A DNA stretch of 64,000 bases from Anaeromyxobacter sp. (GCA_049840735.1 JASGJN010000020.1:608001-672000); one strand, 5' to 3'. Positions 45,836 to 56,204 are shown, counted from the first letter of the stretch. Made by a program: numbers and translations. Notes: a model not told the origin generated them from the letters alone.

Positions 45836-47270
45836 CCCTGGCCTTCGACTCCGGGCCGCTCCGCGGCCCTACGCTCAGGCCGAACGGATCGTGAAGCCGC
45901 TGGCCCGCACGGTCCGCGAGAAGAGCTGCCGGCACCTCAACCAGGTCCCTGGCCTTCGACTCCGGGCCGCTCCGCGGCCCTACGCTCAGGCCGAACGGAT
46001 CGTGAAGCCACTCGCCCGAACGGTCCGCGAGAATAGCTGCCCGCATCTCAACCAGGTCCCTGGCCTTCGACTCCGGGCCGCTCCGCGGCCCTACGCTCAG
46101 GCCGAACGGGTCGTGAAGCCGCTTGCCCGCACGGTCCACGAGAAGTGCTGCCGGCACCTCAATCCAGGTCCCTGGCCTTCGACTCCGGGCCGCTCCGCGG
46201 CCCTACGCTCTGGCCTGACGGATCGTGAAGCCGCTTGCCCGCACGGTCCACGAGAAGAGCTGCCGGCACCTCAATCCAGGTCCCTGGCCTTCGACTCCGG
46301 GCCGCTCCGCGGCCCTACGCTCTGGCCTGACGGATCGTGAAGCCGCTTGCCCGCACGGTCCACGAGAAGAGCTGCCGGCACCTCAATCCAGGTCCCTGGC
46401 CTTCGACTCCGGGCCGCTCCGCGGCCCTACGCTCAGGCCGAACGGATCGTGAAGCCGCTGGCCCGCACGGTCCGCGAGAAGAGCTGCCCGCACCTCAATC
46501 CAGGTCCCTGGCCTTCGACTCCGGGCCGCTCCGCGGCCCTACGCTCAGGCCGAACGGATCGTGAAGCCACTTGCCCGCACGGTCCACGAGAAGAGCTGCC
46601 GGCACCTCAACCCAGGTCCCTGGCCTTTGACTCCGGGCCGCTCCGCGGCCCTACGCTCGGGCCGAACGGATCGTGAAGCCACTCGCCCGAACGGTCCGCG
46701 AGAAGAGCTGCCCGCACCTCAATCCAGGTCCCTGGCCTTCGACTCCGGGCCGCTCCGCGGCCCTACGCTCTGGCCGAACGGATCGTGAAGCCGCTCGCCC
46801 GCACGGTCCGCGAGAAGAGCTGCCCGCGCCTCAACCCAGGTCCCTGGCCTTCGACTCCGGGCCGCGCCGCGGCCCTACGCTCAGGCTGCACGGATCGTGA
46901 AGCCACTCGCCCGAACGGTCCGCGAGAAGAGCTGCTCGCACCTGAACCAAGGTCCCTGGCCTTCGACTCCGGGCCGCTCCGCGGCCCTACGCTCAGGCCG
47001 AACGGATCGTGAAGCCGCTGGCCCGCACGGTCCGCGAGAAGAGCTGCTCGCACCTCAATCCAGGTCCCTGGCCTTCGACTCCGGGCCGCTCCGCGGCCCT
47101 ACGCTCTGGCCGGACGGACCGTGAAGCCGCTGGCCCGCACGGCCCGCGAGAGGAGCTGCCCGCACCTCAATCCAGGTCCCTGGCCTTCGACTCCGGGCCG
47201 CTCCGCGGCCCTACGCTCTGGCCGAACGGATCGTGAAGCCGCTGGCCCGCACGCTCCGCGAGAAGGGCTG
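45836..47270 (+). repeat. Tandem array: 13 copies (last truncated) of a 111-112 bp unit containing the REP-like element
   Basis: Unit starts 45836, 45947, 46058, 46170, 46282, 46394, 46506, 46618, 46730, 46842, 46954, 47066, 47178. Confidence 0.95.
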
Positions 47271-47288
47271 ACCGCACTGCCAGTGACT

Positions 47289-47339
47289 CCGTTCGGCCTG
47301 AGCGTAGCCGCCGCAAGGCGGCGGAGTCGAAGGCCAGGG
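47289..47339 (-). repeat. Inverted REP-like copy capping the array
   Basis: Reverse complement ccctggcct-TCGACTCC-gccgcc ttgc ggcggc-TACGCTC-aggcc-GAACGG. Confidence 0.9.
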
Positions 47340-47356
47340 ATCTGGCGCGGGGCCGG

Positions 47357-48181
47357 TCAGAACGCCACCAGCTCCACCCGCCGGTTCTTCGCCTTCCCGT
47401 CCTCGCTGGCGTTCGAGGCCACCGGCGCCAGCGGCCCGACCCCGTGCGCGGTGAGCCGGTCGGCGCCGACCCGGTGCTTCGCCACCAGCTCGGCCCGCAC
47501 CGCCTCCGCGCGCGCCTGCGAGAGCTTCATGTTCGGGTCGATCCCGCCCACGCTGTCGGTGTGGCCCACCAGGCGGACCTTGAGCGCCGGCTGGGCGGCC
47601 AGGAGCTTGGCGATCTCCGCCAGCGCCGGGCCGGACTCCGGCTTCACCACCGAGAGGCCGGTGTCGAAGTAGATGCCGTAGACCGAGGCGTGGCCGGTGG
47701 TGGCCAGGTCGCTGGCGAAGGCGTCGGCGTTGGCCAGCACATCCTGCTTCATCCCCTGCTGCTCCACCACCCAGACCGTGACCTGGCCGCCGTACTCGTC
47801 CACCTGCGACCAGATGGTGTGGCCGTCCTTCGTGAACCGCAGCGTGGTCACGCCGTCGCCGTCGAAGAGCACCTCGCCGCCCTTCGCCTTGCCGGCGTTC
47901 TGGTAGTTGCGGATCACCTGCAGGCGGCTGGGCCGGGCCCCGGTGCCGGTCCACTGGTAGATGGTCTGGGTGAGGTGCCCCTCGACCTGCTCCACCGTCG
48001 GCTTCCGCGCGTCGCCGACCTTCATCTTGTGCCCGTCGAACTGCATGTCCTTGCAGCGGTAGATCCGGTAGTCCGGCAGGCGCGTGAAGAGCGCCGGATC
48101 CTGGCAGCCGGGGGCGTCCGGCTGCGGCGCGGCCAGGGGCAGCGAGGGGAGCAGGAAGAGCAGGGCGAGGATGGGTCTCAT
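47357..48181 (-). CDS. OmpA family peptidoglycan-binding protein
   Basis: Signal peptide; IYFDTG, GHTD..G, N..LS..RA.AV, NRRVEL. Confidence 0.92.
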   Translation of the reverse strand: MRPILALLFLLPSLPLAAPQPDAPGCQDPALFTRLPDYRIYRCKDMQFDGHKMKVGDARKPTVEQVEGHLTQTIYQWTGTGARPSRLQVIRNYQNAGKAKGGEVLFDGDGVTTLRFTKDGHTIWSQVDEYGGQVTVWVVEQQGMKQDVLANADAFASDLATTGHASVYGIYFDTGLSVVKPESGPALAEIAKLLAAQPALKVRLVGHTDSVGGIDPNMKLSQARAEAVRAELVAKHRVGADRLTAHGVGPLAPVASNASEDGKAKNRRVELVAF

Positions 48182-48299
48182 GGTGGTCTCCCGGGTTCAC
48201 GGTGGGTTGACGGCCGTGCGCCGACTGTAGCGCCGCCGCGACCGGCTACCCGGGACACGGAGAGAGTCCCTCTTTCGGAGGGGGAACGACCGCGCGCGG

Positions 48300-49554
48300 C
48301 TACTCCCGCACCACCTGCCCCTTCCTCACCCGCACCACCGCGCGACCGTCGTCCAGCGCCTCGGCGCCGGTGACGCGCACCTCGCCCTCCCCCACCTCCA
48401 GCTCCAGGCGCGCCGCGGGGGCGAAGCCGCGCAGGTCGAGCGCCACCTTCCCCTTCCCCAGCCGCACCCGCAGCTGCTTGCCGGCCCCGTCGGCGGGGAG
48501 CAGCAGCGCCAGGCGCGTGCGACGCTCGGTGAACCAGCCGATCCGGTCGAGCGAGAGCACCGCCGCCGCCGGGGTCGGGTGCCAGCCCAGCCCGACCTTG
48601 CTGGTGGGGAAGCCGAAGGCCTGGACGTCGTAGGAGGCCTGCAGCTCCGGGCCGGCCGCGACGGCCAGCGTGGCCTCGTCGAGCGCCACCTCCAGCACCG
48701 GCGCCGGGTCGGCGGTCAGCGCGGCGGCGGAGCGGGTGAAGGTCTTGGCCGAGACGTAGGGGGTGGCCAGCAGCGCCGCCACGGTCAGCGCCCCCAGCGC
48801 GCTCCCGGAGGCGACCGTCACCCAGCGCGCCTTGCGGCGGTGGCGCGGGTCCTCCGCGTCCGGCAGCGGCGCCGGCGCGCGGTCGAGCTCGAGCGCGTGG
48901 TGGAGGACCAGCGCGGTGAGCCAGACCAGCCCCCCGGCCCAGATCACGTCGGACAGGAAGTGGCCGCCGGCCATCATCCGCGCGGCGCCCAGCAGGCCGC
49001 CGGAGACGAAGCCCGCGGCCAGGAAGGCCAGCGCGGTCCTGCGGCGGCGCCGCTTGAGCGCCAGGTAGGGCGTGCCCAGGTAGAAGCCCCATCGAGCAGT
49101 GGCCGCAGGGGAAGGACTTGGCGTGAGGGTCGCTCCCCGGGACCAGCACCGGCAGGAACTTCTCCTGCCCGCCCAGCTCCACCACCTCGCGCGGCCGCGG
49201 CCGGCCGTAGTGATCCTTGAAGATCACGTTGACCAGCAGCCCCGGCCCCAGCGCCGCGGTGAGCACCAGGAAGAGCGCCGGGCGGCGCCAGGCCAGCAGC
49301 CGGCGCGGGTACCAGTAGCTGAGCGTCAGGGCCACCAGCGCGGCCGCCGCCAGCGCCACGCCCAGGAAGACGCCGTCCACGTACACCATCCGCCAGAACG
49401 GCTGGTCGGCCAGCGGCCAGGCGCAGCAGCCCTGGCGGAAGGCGCCGCCGGCCCGGAGGTCGAGCGGGGTGAGCCAGGAGACGGCGGTGGTCGCGGCCAG
49501 CAGGGCCAGCACGGCCCAGCGCTCGGCGCGGAGGGTGGGACTGGGACGGCGCAT
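48300..49554 (-). CDS. PAP2 family phosphatase with C-terminal extension, frameshift ~49088
   Basis: K...GRPRP, SFPCGH, RMMAGGHFLSDV. Confidence 0.85.
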
Positions 49555-49662
49555 GAGGGGGCGAGGTTCTCACGCCGCTCGGCGACCCCGCAAGGCAGCC
49601 GGAGCCCATCCGTGACCACTCCTGCCGGTCGCGCCTGGCAGGACGCCATGCAGAATCGGGGC

Positions 49663-50760
49663 ATGAGCGCCTCGGACGCCGTGCCGGACCCGGTTGTGGA
49701 CGCGTCCGCGGAGGAGGGCGCGCGGGTGGTGGCGCTGGCGCTGCTGGCGCGCGCCGACGAGGCCTCGGAGCGCTACCGCGGCCAGGTGGACGAGGAGGCG
49801 CTGCACGACTTCCGGGTGGCGCTCCGCCGGCTCCGCAGCACGCTGCGCGCCTTCCGCCCCTGGCTGGAGGACGGCGTGGGCCGGAAGCTGGAGCAGCGCA
49901 TCGCCAAGCTGGCCCGCGCCACCAACGCCGCGCGCGACGCCGAGGTGCAGCTGGCCTGGCTCGAGCCGCGGCTGGCCGAGCTCCCCCGTGTGCAGCGGAG
50001 CGGCGCCGAGGCGCTGGTGGCCGAGCTGGAGGGACGGATGGCCGGGCCAGCGCCGGAGCGGCTGGTGAAGCGCTACCAGAAGGTCTCCGCCAAGCTGGCC
50101 CCGCGCCTCGGCACCTACCTGCGCCGCGTGCCGGTGGCGGGCGCCAGCGCCTCGCCCAGCTTCGGCGCGGTGCTGGCCGGCGCGCTGCGCCAGGGGCTGG
50201 CGGAGCTGCGGGCCCACCTGGGCGAGGTCCAGGGCTCGGACGACGAGACCCCGCTCCACACCGCCCGCATCTCCGGCAAGCGGCTGCGGTACGTGCTGGA
50301 GCCGCTGGCCGGGAACCCGCTGGCCGACGCCGGCCCGGCGGTGAAGCGGCTCAAGAAGCTGCAGGACGTGCTGGGCGAGCTGCACGACGCCCACGTGCTG
50401 GCGGCCGAGCTGGGCCAGGCCTACGTGGCCGCGGCCGGCAGGCGGGCCAGCGCGGTGTTCGAGGCGGTGGCGCACCACGGAGCCGAGGGCGCGGCGCTGC
50501 GCAGCGCCGGGGCGCGCGGGCCGCGCGGCGGGCTCCTGGCGCTGGCGCGGGCCAACCGCGAGCGGCGCGAGGAGCGCTTCGCCGAGCTGCGGCGGACCTG
50601 GCTGCCGGAGGGGCTGGCGACGCTGGCGGCGCAGGTGGAGGAGCTGGCCGGGGCGCTGGAGGCGCGGGCCGCGCCGCCGGCGGCGCCGGGAGAAGCAGAC
50701 GAGCCGGAGGGCGCGGACGAGGGGCCGGGCACGGGCGAGCCCGGCCCGGAGGTCCACTAG
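49663..50760 (+). CDS. CHAD domain (polyphosphate-binding) protein
   Basis: EALHDFRVALRRLRS, RDAEV, LH.ARI..KRLRY..E, LQD.LG.LHD. Confidence 0.9.
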   Translation: MSASDAVPDPVVDASAEEGARVVALALLARADEASERYRGQVDEEALHDFRVALRRLRSTLRAFRPWLEDGVGRKLEQRIAKLARATNAARDAEVQLAWLEPRLAELPRVQRSGAEALVAELEGRMAGPAPERLVKRYQKVSAKLAPRLGTYLRRVPVAGASASPSFGAVLAGALRQGLAELRAHLGEVQGSDDETPLHTARISGKRLRYVLEPLAGNPLADAGPAVKRLKKLQDVLGELHDAHVLAAELGQAYVAAAGRRASAVFEAVAHHGAEGAALRSAGARGPRGGLLALARANRERREERFAELRRTWLPEGLATLAAQVEELAGALEARAAPPAAPGEADEPEGADEGPGTGEPGPEVH

Positions 50761-51275
50761 GCCAGCCGCAGCGCCGACCTGCGATCGCGCAGCGCCCGCT
50801 TCACCAGCTCGCGATCGCTGCGCCGGTCGAGCCTGTCCAGCGCCTTCTGCGGCTTGAGCCAGTCCAGCCGGTCCACCTCGCGGCTGGGGCGGAAGCGCCC
50901 CTCGCCGATGGCCCGCATGTGCCAGTAGAGGACCAGCTTCGACCGGCCGCGCCAGCGGTAGAGGGCGTGGCCGGCGAACCCGGCCAGCCGAGTCTCCCAG
51001 CCGGTCTCCTCCGCCACCTCGCGCAGGGCCGCCTCGGCAAAGGTCTCACCATCGAGCAGCTTGCCCTTGGGCAGGGACCAGTCGTCCTGCCGGGGCCGGT
51101 GGATCACCGCCAGGCGCAGCTGGCCTTCGTCCTCCCGCCAGACCAGCCCGCCGGCCGCCGTGACCAGCCCCTCCAGCTCCGCGGGGTCGAGTCCCAGCTC
51201 GAGCCCATCCGGAACGTCGAGCCCGATGAGCGGGTCGAGGCCGTCCTCGCGTGCGGCACGCCGCGGCTGCGCCAT
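50757..51275 (-). CDS. NUDIX hydrolase (MutT1-like)
   Basis: AAGG.V, IHRPR.DDWSLPKGK...GE...AALREV.EETG. Confidence 0.9.
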   Translation of the reverse strand: MAQPRRAAREDGLDPLIGLDVPDGLELGLDPAELEGLVTAAGGLVWREDEGQLRLAVIHRPRQDDWSLPKGKLLDGETFAEAALREVAEETGWETRLAGFAGHALYRWRGRSKLVLYWHMRAIGEGRFRPSREVDRLDWLKPQKALDRLDRRSDRELVKRALRDRRSALRLA

Positions 51276-51368
51276 CCCAGCACCGTAACAAGCCGCTCCG
51301 ACAGCCGCACGCCGGGGCGCGCCGATCTCACCGTCCCGTCACCCGCCGCCATCGACGGCGGGCCAAGG

Positions 51369-52469
51369 TCACTGGATCGTGGACCCGCTCACCTGGGGCG
51401 CGCCGCTGCCCAGGTAGAAGATGCCTGGGTAGCCCTGCGTCTCGAACCCGGCGCTGGGGTTCCGGGCCAGCTGCGAGTCCTTGATGATCAGGTGCCCGGT
51501 CCGGTCATTGCTCACGAAGAAGACGCCGCCCCCGCCCTCGTTGGCGGTGTTGTCGGTCATGACCACGCCGCAGAGCGTCAGGTCGAACGTGTTTCCGTCG
51601 TTGTAGATGGCGCCCCCGCTGCCGCCGCCGGGCGTGCCGCTCTGCGCCGGGTTTGCGCCGTGGCCGATGGCGGCGTTGTGGGAGAAGACGCTGTTGATGA
51701 CGGTGTAGGAGACACCGATCGACGAGAGCCCCGCGCCGTTGGAGCAGACGTTGCCCAGCTCCGCCGAGCCGCCGAAGGTGGCGTTCACGACGTAGAGCGG
51801 CCGGTCCTGGTACTGGTCGAAGGCGCGCACGGCCCCGCCGCCCACGTCCGGCCCGGTGTCGTCGCAGACATTGTGGAAGAAGCGGACGTTGACCAGCTTG
51901 AGCTGGCCGCCCCGGGCGAAGATGGCGCCGCCGCCGTCCGGAGAGAGCCCCCTGGCGTTGCCGTCCACGAAGGTGAGGTTCTGGACCGTGAGCCGGGGGT
52001 GGTCCTGATCCTGGCAGTGCGAGGTGGTCCAGACCTGCGCCTGATCGCAGGTGTTCATGTAGAGGATGCGCTGGCTGCCGCCGCCGCTGAGCGTGACCTT
52101 CCCGCCGCCGTCGATGACGATGCGGGGCCCCTTGTCGTTGAAGACCTTGGCCGTGCGCGGGACGGTGATGGTCACCGGGTCGGGGCCGCAGGCGAAGGTG
52201 ATGACGCCGCCGGCGGCCACCGCCTGGACGAAGGCCTCGCCGGTGCAGCTGGCCGCGGTCCCGGTGCCCACCACGGTGGTGGGGGTGGAGACCTCCTCCG
52301 GGAAGCCCTCGGCCGGCACGGTGCAGGGGGCGTCCGGGTTCCCGGCCGGCGGCCCGGAGCTCGGATCGGTGAGCGGGTTCTGCGGGCGCCCGCCGGTGGC
52401 CGGGCCGAAGGCGCCGTCGCAGGCCAGCAGGGGCAGGATGATCAGCAGGGTCGGCGCATGGGCTCTCAC
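51369..52469 (-). CDS. Lipoprotein with parallel beta-helix (GGAI / FxxN) repeats
   Basis: Lipobox LLAC; GGAIF, GGAVR, GGAIY, F..N repeats. Confidence 0.75.
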   Translation of the reverse strand: MRAHAPTLLIILPLLACDGAFGPATGGRPQNPLTDPSSGPPAGNPDAPCTVPAEGFPEEVSTPTTVVGTGTAASCTGEAFVQAVAAGGVITFACGPDPVTITVPRTAKVFNDKGPRIVIDGGGKVTLSGGGSQRILYMNTCDQAQVWTTSHCQDQDHPRLTVQNLTFVDGNARGLSPDGGGAIFARGGQLKLVNVRFFHNVCDDTGPDVGGGAVRAFDQYQDRPLYVVNATFGGSAELGNVCSNGAGLSSIGVSYTVINSVFSHNAAIGHGANPAQSGTPGGGSGGAIYNDGNTFDLTLCGVVMTDNTANEGGGGVFFVSNDRTGHLIIKDSQLARNPSAGFETQGYPGIFYLGSGAPQVSGSTIQ

Positions 52470-52550
52470 GGTCGGTGAGGATACGCTCGGTTCGGCCCCC
52501 GCGGAAGCGGCCCTGCGCCGCGCCCGGCCGCCCCTCGTCCTCTCCGCCCG

Positions 52551-52790
52551 GGGTGAACGAGCTGCTGGCCCGGCTGCGGGTGGCGCTGCGCCACGCGCCG
52601 GCCGCGCCGGAGGAGCGGGTGGTGGAGGCCGGTCCGCCGCGGATCGACCTGGCCCGCCGCGAGGTGACGGTGGGAGGGGTGGAGGTGCGGCTCACGCCCA
52701 CCGAGTACCGCGTGCTGGCGCTGCTGGCCCGGCACGCCGGCAAGGTGCTCACGCACCGGCAGCTCCTGCGCGAGGTCTGGGGGCCCGGGC
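52551..52790 (+). pseudogene. Fragment of a KdpE-like OmpR response regulator (part of the DNA-binding domain only)
   Basis: ELLARLRVALRH...RLTPTEY..L..L..HAGKVLTHRQLLREVWGP; no receiver domain and no end of the wHTH. Confidence 0.7.
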
Positions 52791-52873
52791 CCCCGGGTGG
52801 TTGCCGGTGCATCCCGCCCCTGCTAGGGTCGCGCCGGTCGCACGTTCTGGTGATGCGTGCTACTGCGGACGCC

Positions 52874-53570
52874 ATGCCCAAGCTGCTGGCCCTCACTGCC
52901 CTGCTGGCCACCCCCGCCCTCACCCTGGCGCACGACCTCTGGGTCGAGCCCGCACGGGGTGGGACGGGCTTCGCCGTGCGCTACGGTCACCTCGGCGGCG
53001 AGGTGCTGCGCCTCGACCCGGCCACCGTCACGTCGATCCGCTGCTTCGATCCCTCCGGGAAGGCCCACGAGCTGCGCCCGCAGGCGCGGGTCCTCCCGGA
53101 CGCCCTGCAGGTGGACGCGAGCTGCGCCGCGGTGACCGTGGTGCAGGACGGCGGGACCTGGTCGCTCACGCCCGACGGCGAGGTGAACCTGCCCAGGCGC
53201 CAGGCGAAGCAGGCGGTCCGCGCCTGGACCTCCCGGCAGCACGCGAAGTGGGTGGACGCCCAGGGTCCCCTCGCCGGCGCGGCGCTGGGCGAGGAGCTCG
53301 AGCTGGTGGCGGTGACCGGGCTCTCCAGGGTGCGCGCGGGGGACAAGGTGACGGTGAGGTTGATCGCGCGAGGCCAGCCGGTGCCAGGCGCGGTCGTCGC
53401 CGTGGACCACAAGGCGCTCGGCGGAGACCGACTCGAGGGGAGAGGCGCGCGTCAAGGTCCGCGGCGCCGGGCTCGGGTCGATCAGCGTGGCGCTGAAGCG
53501 CCCCCTGGCCTCGCCCGACGCAGACGCGGAGGTGCTGGAGGCGAGCCTCACCTTCGAGGTGGCGCGGTGA
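52874..53570 (+). CDS. DUF4198-like periplasmic Ni/Co uptake protein, frameshift ~53423
   Basis: Signal TLA|HDLW, YGH, LELV, G.PVPGA.V, ETDS.G. Confidence 0.72.
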
Positions 53571-54016
53571 GCGGCTCGGCTCGGGCGGCGCTGGCCGCGA
53601 TCGGGCTCCTGGCCGCCGGTCCGGCCCTCGCCCATGAGGTGCTGCACACCGTCGAGCGCGGCCGCGCCCTGGCCGTGCACGTGGTCTACGCCGACGGCGA
53701 GCCGCTGGCCTATGCCGCGTACGAGCTCTACTCGCCAGCCGACCCGAACGTTCCCCATCAGAAGGGACGGACGGACCGGAGCGGCTGGGTCGCGTTCGTC
53801 CCCGACGTCGCCGGGAGCTGGCGGCTCAAGGTGACCGACGCCACCGGCCATGGCCTGGACGTGCAGCTCGACGCCGGCGCGCCCACGCCCGAGGCCGGAG
53901 GGCCGCCGGGCGGAGCCGCCGCCTTCGTGCTCCGTCCGCTGCTGGGGATCGCCGCCATCTTGGCCGTCTTCGGCCTGCTGATCTTCTTCCACCGACGCCG
54001 GAGCGCCCGCGCATGA
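53567..54016 (+). CDS. CbiL/NikL-like accessory protein of the Ni/Co ECF transporter
   Basis: ALA|HEV, YADGEP, QKGRTDRSG..AF.P...G.W.L...D..GH; C-terminal TM helix. Confidence 0.72.
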   Translation: MSGSARAALAAIGLLAAGPALAHEVLHTVERGRALAVHVVYADGEPLAYAAYELYSPADPNVPHQKGRTDRSGWVAFVPDVAGSWRLKVTDATGHGLDVQLDAGAPTPEAGGPPGGAAAFVLRPLLGIAAILAVFGLLIFFHRRRSARA

Positions 54017-55011
54017 GCCGAATCCGTGTCCTCGCCCTCTTCCTGATGCTGGCGGGGCCAGCGGCCGCCCGCGCCCACCACGGCGTGGCCGCCGTCGGCG
54101 TGGGGGGGCCGGAGGGTCCCGGGGCGGCGCTCGAGACTTCCTCGCCCTTGCCGCTCGCCCAGCGGACCCTCTTCGCGATGATCAAGTCGGAGGCGGTGCC
54201 CTTCCAGCAGCGCGCCGTGGCCGACCCGGAAAACAAGACCTTCTCGCTCTTCGACACGCTGGGCGTGGGCTACGGGATCCTGCCCTGGCTCTCCGCCTAC
54301 GCCTTCATCCCCTACAACGTGAAGTCCGCCGACACCCTCGGGACCAATGCCGGCTTCGGCAATCCGAACCTGATGCTCGCCGCCGGGCTGAAGTGGGACG
54401 AGGGGCTGCGGCCCGTGCCGGAGAAGGAGAGCCTCGACGAGCTGATGGACTGGCACTTCGGGGCCTGGGTGTCCGGCACCCTCCCGCTCGGCCCCACCAC
54501 GGCGCGCGACGACCTGGGCGGCTACTTTGCCCCGGACATGCAGACCGGCTTCGGCGAGCCCAGCCTGGGCGCGGGGCTCTCGATCATGAAGCAGGTCTCC
54601 GAGCCGCTGACCTGGCTGGCGGAGGTCAGCCACCAGCGCTTCCTGGCGCACACCTACCCGTTCACCCGCTACCGGTTCGGCGCCGAGACCCGCGCCAACA
54701 CCGCGCTGGTCTGGCGCGTCCACGGGTCCGGCGCCTTCCGGCTGGATCTGTGCGGCGAGCTGAACGGCCTGCACCTGGAGCGCGACCGCGAGCAGGACGG
54801 GACCGGCGCCATGGTCCCGCTGCAGGCCTCTGGCGGCGACATCCTCTACGCGGGCGGCGGCCTGCGCGCGACCTGGGGCACGGTGAGCCTGGGCCTGGGC
54901 GTGCGCCGCGCGGCCTGGAAGGACCTGAACGAGGAGTCCGAGCAGCAGGGTTCGGAGGGGCTCGAGCTCCTCCGCGCCGCGCTCACGCTCGGCTGGTCCA
55001 CGCGGCTCTAG
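54013..55011 (+). CDS. Putative outer-membrane beta-barrel transporter in the Ni/Co operon
   Basis: Signal ARA|HHGVA; amphipathic strands; LP.G...QTGFG motif. Confidence 0.6.
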   Translation: MSRIRVLALFLMLAGPAAARAHHGVAAVGVGGPEGPGAALETSSPLPLAQRTLFAMIKSEAVPFQQRAVADPENKTFSLFDTLGVGYGILPWLSAYAFIPYNVKSADTLGTNAGFGNPNLMLAAGLKWDEGLRPVPEKESLDELMDWHFGAWVSGTLPLGPTTARDDLGGYFAPDMQTGFGEPSLGAGLSIMKQVSEPLTWLAEVSHQRFLAHTYPFTRYRFGAETRANTALVWRVHGSGAFRLDLCGELNGLHLERDREQDGTGAMVPLQASGGDILYAGGGLRATWGTVSLGLGVRRAAWKDLNEESEQQGSEGLELLRAALTLGWSTRL

Positions 55012-55012
55012 C

Positions 55013-55651
55013 ATGCACGTCCCCGACGGCTTCCTCTCCCCGCTCCTCACCGTCCCGGCCTACGCCGTCTCGGCGCCGCTCTGGGCCTGGGGCGCCCGGC
55101 GGCACTTCGGGCGGGACGCGGCCGAGGCGCTGCCGGCGCTGGGCTCGCTCACCGCCCTGGCCTTCGTCATCCAGACCATCCTGATCCCGCTGCCCGGCGG
55201 CACCTCCACCCACCTGGTGGGCGTCACGCTGCTGGCCATGCTCCACGGGCCGCTGGCCGCCTTCGTGTGCGAGTCGCTGGTGCTGCTGGTGCAGGCGCTC
55301 TTCTTTGGCGCCGGCGGCGTCACCGTGCTGGGCGTGAACGCGCTGGCCATGGGGCTGCTGGGGCCGCTGGCCGGCTGGCTCTGCTGGCGGGCGCTGCGGC
55401 GGTTGGCTCCGCGCGCGGCCGCCTTCGCCGCCGCCTGGCTCTCGCTCCAGGTCTCGACCGCCGCGGTGGTCGGGGTGCTGGCGCTGCAGCACGCGCTCTC
55501 GCCCTCCCTGCAGCCGGTCTCGCCGGCGGTGATGGCCCCGGCCATGCTCCTGCCCAGCCTGGCCGTGACCGGCGTGCTGGAGGGGCTCTACACGCTCTTC
55601 GCCCTCTCCGTCCTGCGAAAGGCCCGGCTTCGTGGCGTCCCGCTCGACTGA
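55013..55651 (+). CDS. cbiM: Ni/Co ECF S component CbiM/NikM
   Basis: N-terminal MHVPDGFL, PGGTSTH..G, QALFFG.GG...LG.N. Confidence 0.92.
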   Translation: MHVPDGFLSPLLTVPAYAVSAPLWAWGARRHFGRDAAEALPALGSLTALAFVIQTILIPLPGGTSTHLVGVTLLAMLHGPLAAFVCESLVLLVQALFFGAGGVTVLGVNALAMGLLGPLAGWLCWRALRRLAPRAAAFAAAWLSLQVSTAAVVGVLALQHALSPSLQPVSPAVMAPAMLLPSLAVTGVLEGLYTLFALSVLRKARLRGVPLD

Positions 55652-56204
55652 CCCGCGCCGCGATCGCGCCCTGCTGGCCGCCGCCGCGCTGGCGGCCTTC
55701 GCGCTCTCGGCGGTGACCGACCTGCGGCTCCTGGGGGCCGCCGCGGCGCTGCTGGCGCTCCTCCTCCGCCGCGGCCTCTGGCGCCCGCTGCGCCGCGCGC
55801 TGCGCGCCGCGGTGCCGGTCACCGCCTCCCTCTCCGCCGCCTCCTGGCTGCTCCTCTGGGCGCTGCAGGGCACCCGCCCCGACCCGCGCCCGTACCTGGC
55901 GCTGGCCTCGCGCGCGGCGCTGGTCACCCTGCTCACCTTCGCGGTGCTGGAGCGGGTGGAGCTGCTGCGCGCCGTGGCCCCCTGGCCCGCCGCCTCCCGG
56001 CTGCTGGTGATCACGCTGGCGCAGATCCACGCCCTGCGGCTGCTGGCCACCGACTCGCTGCAGGGGCTGCGCAGCCGGCTGGTGCGCCGCCCGGGGCCGG
56101 CCGACGCGGTCCGCGGCGCCAGCGGCGCCACCGCGGCGCTGCTGGCCCTCTCCACCCGGAACGCGCGCGACGTCGCCGACGCGCTGCGCTCGAGGGGGTT
56201 CTGA
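55632..56204 (+). CDS. Short CbiQ/NikQ-like T component
   Basis: Hydrophobic; LRSR and AL.SRGF motifs; lies between cbiM and cbiO. Confidence 0.7.
   Translation: MASRSTDPRRDRALLAAAALAAFALSAVTDLRLLGAAAALLALLLRRGLWRPLRRALRAAVPVTASLSAASWLLLWALQGTRPDPRPYLALASRAALVTLLTFAVLERVELLRAVAPWPAASRLLVITLAQIHALRLLATDSLQGLRSRLVRRPGPADAVRGASGATAALLALSTRNARDVADALRSRGF

Noticed and set aside
45836..47270. CRISPR array
   Set aside because: Inter-repeat segments are near-identical rather than unique spacers, the unit is 111-112 bp, and no cas genes are in the window.
45891..47672. Series of 75-aa ORFs (MKPLARTV...) in the array
   Set aside because: By-product of the 112-bp period shifting frame each unit; no RBS and no protein-like features.
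52475..54016. 513-aa wHTH-DUF4198-CbiL fusion
   Set aside because: Internal signal peptides at 52874 and 53567 plus an indel at ~53423 indicate a remnant followed by two separate genes.
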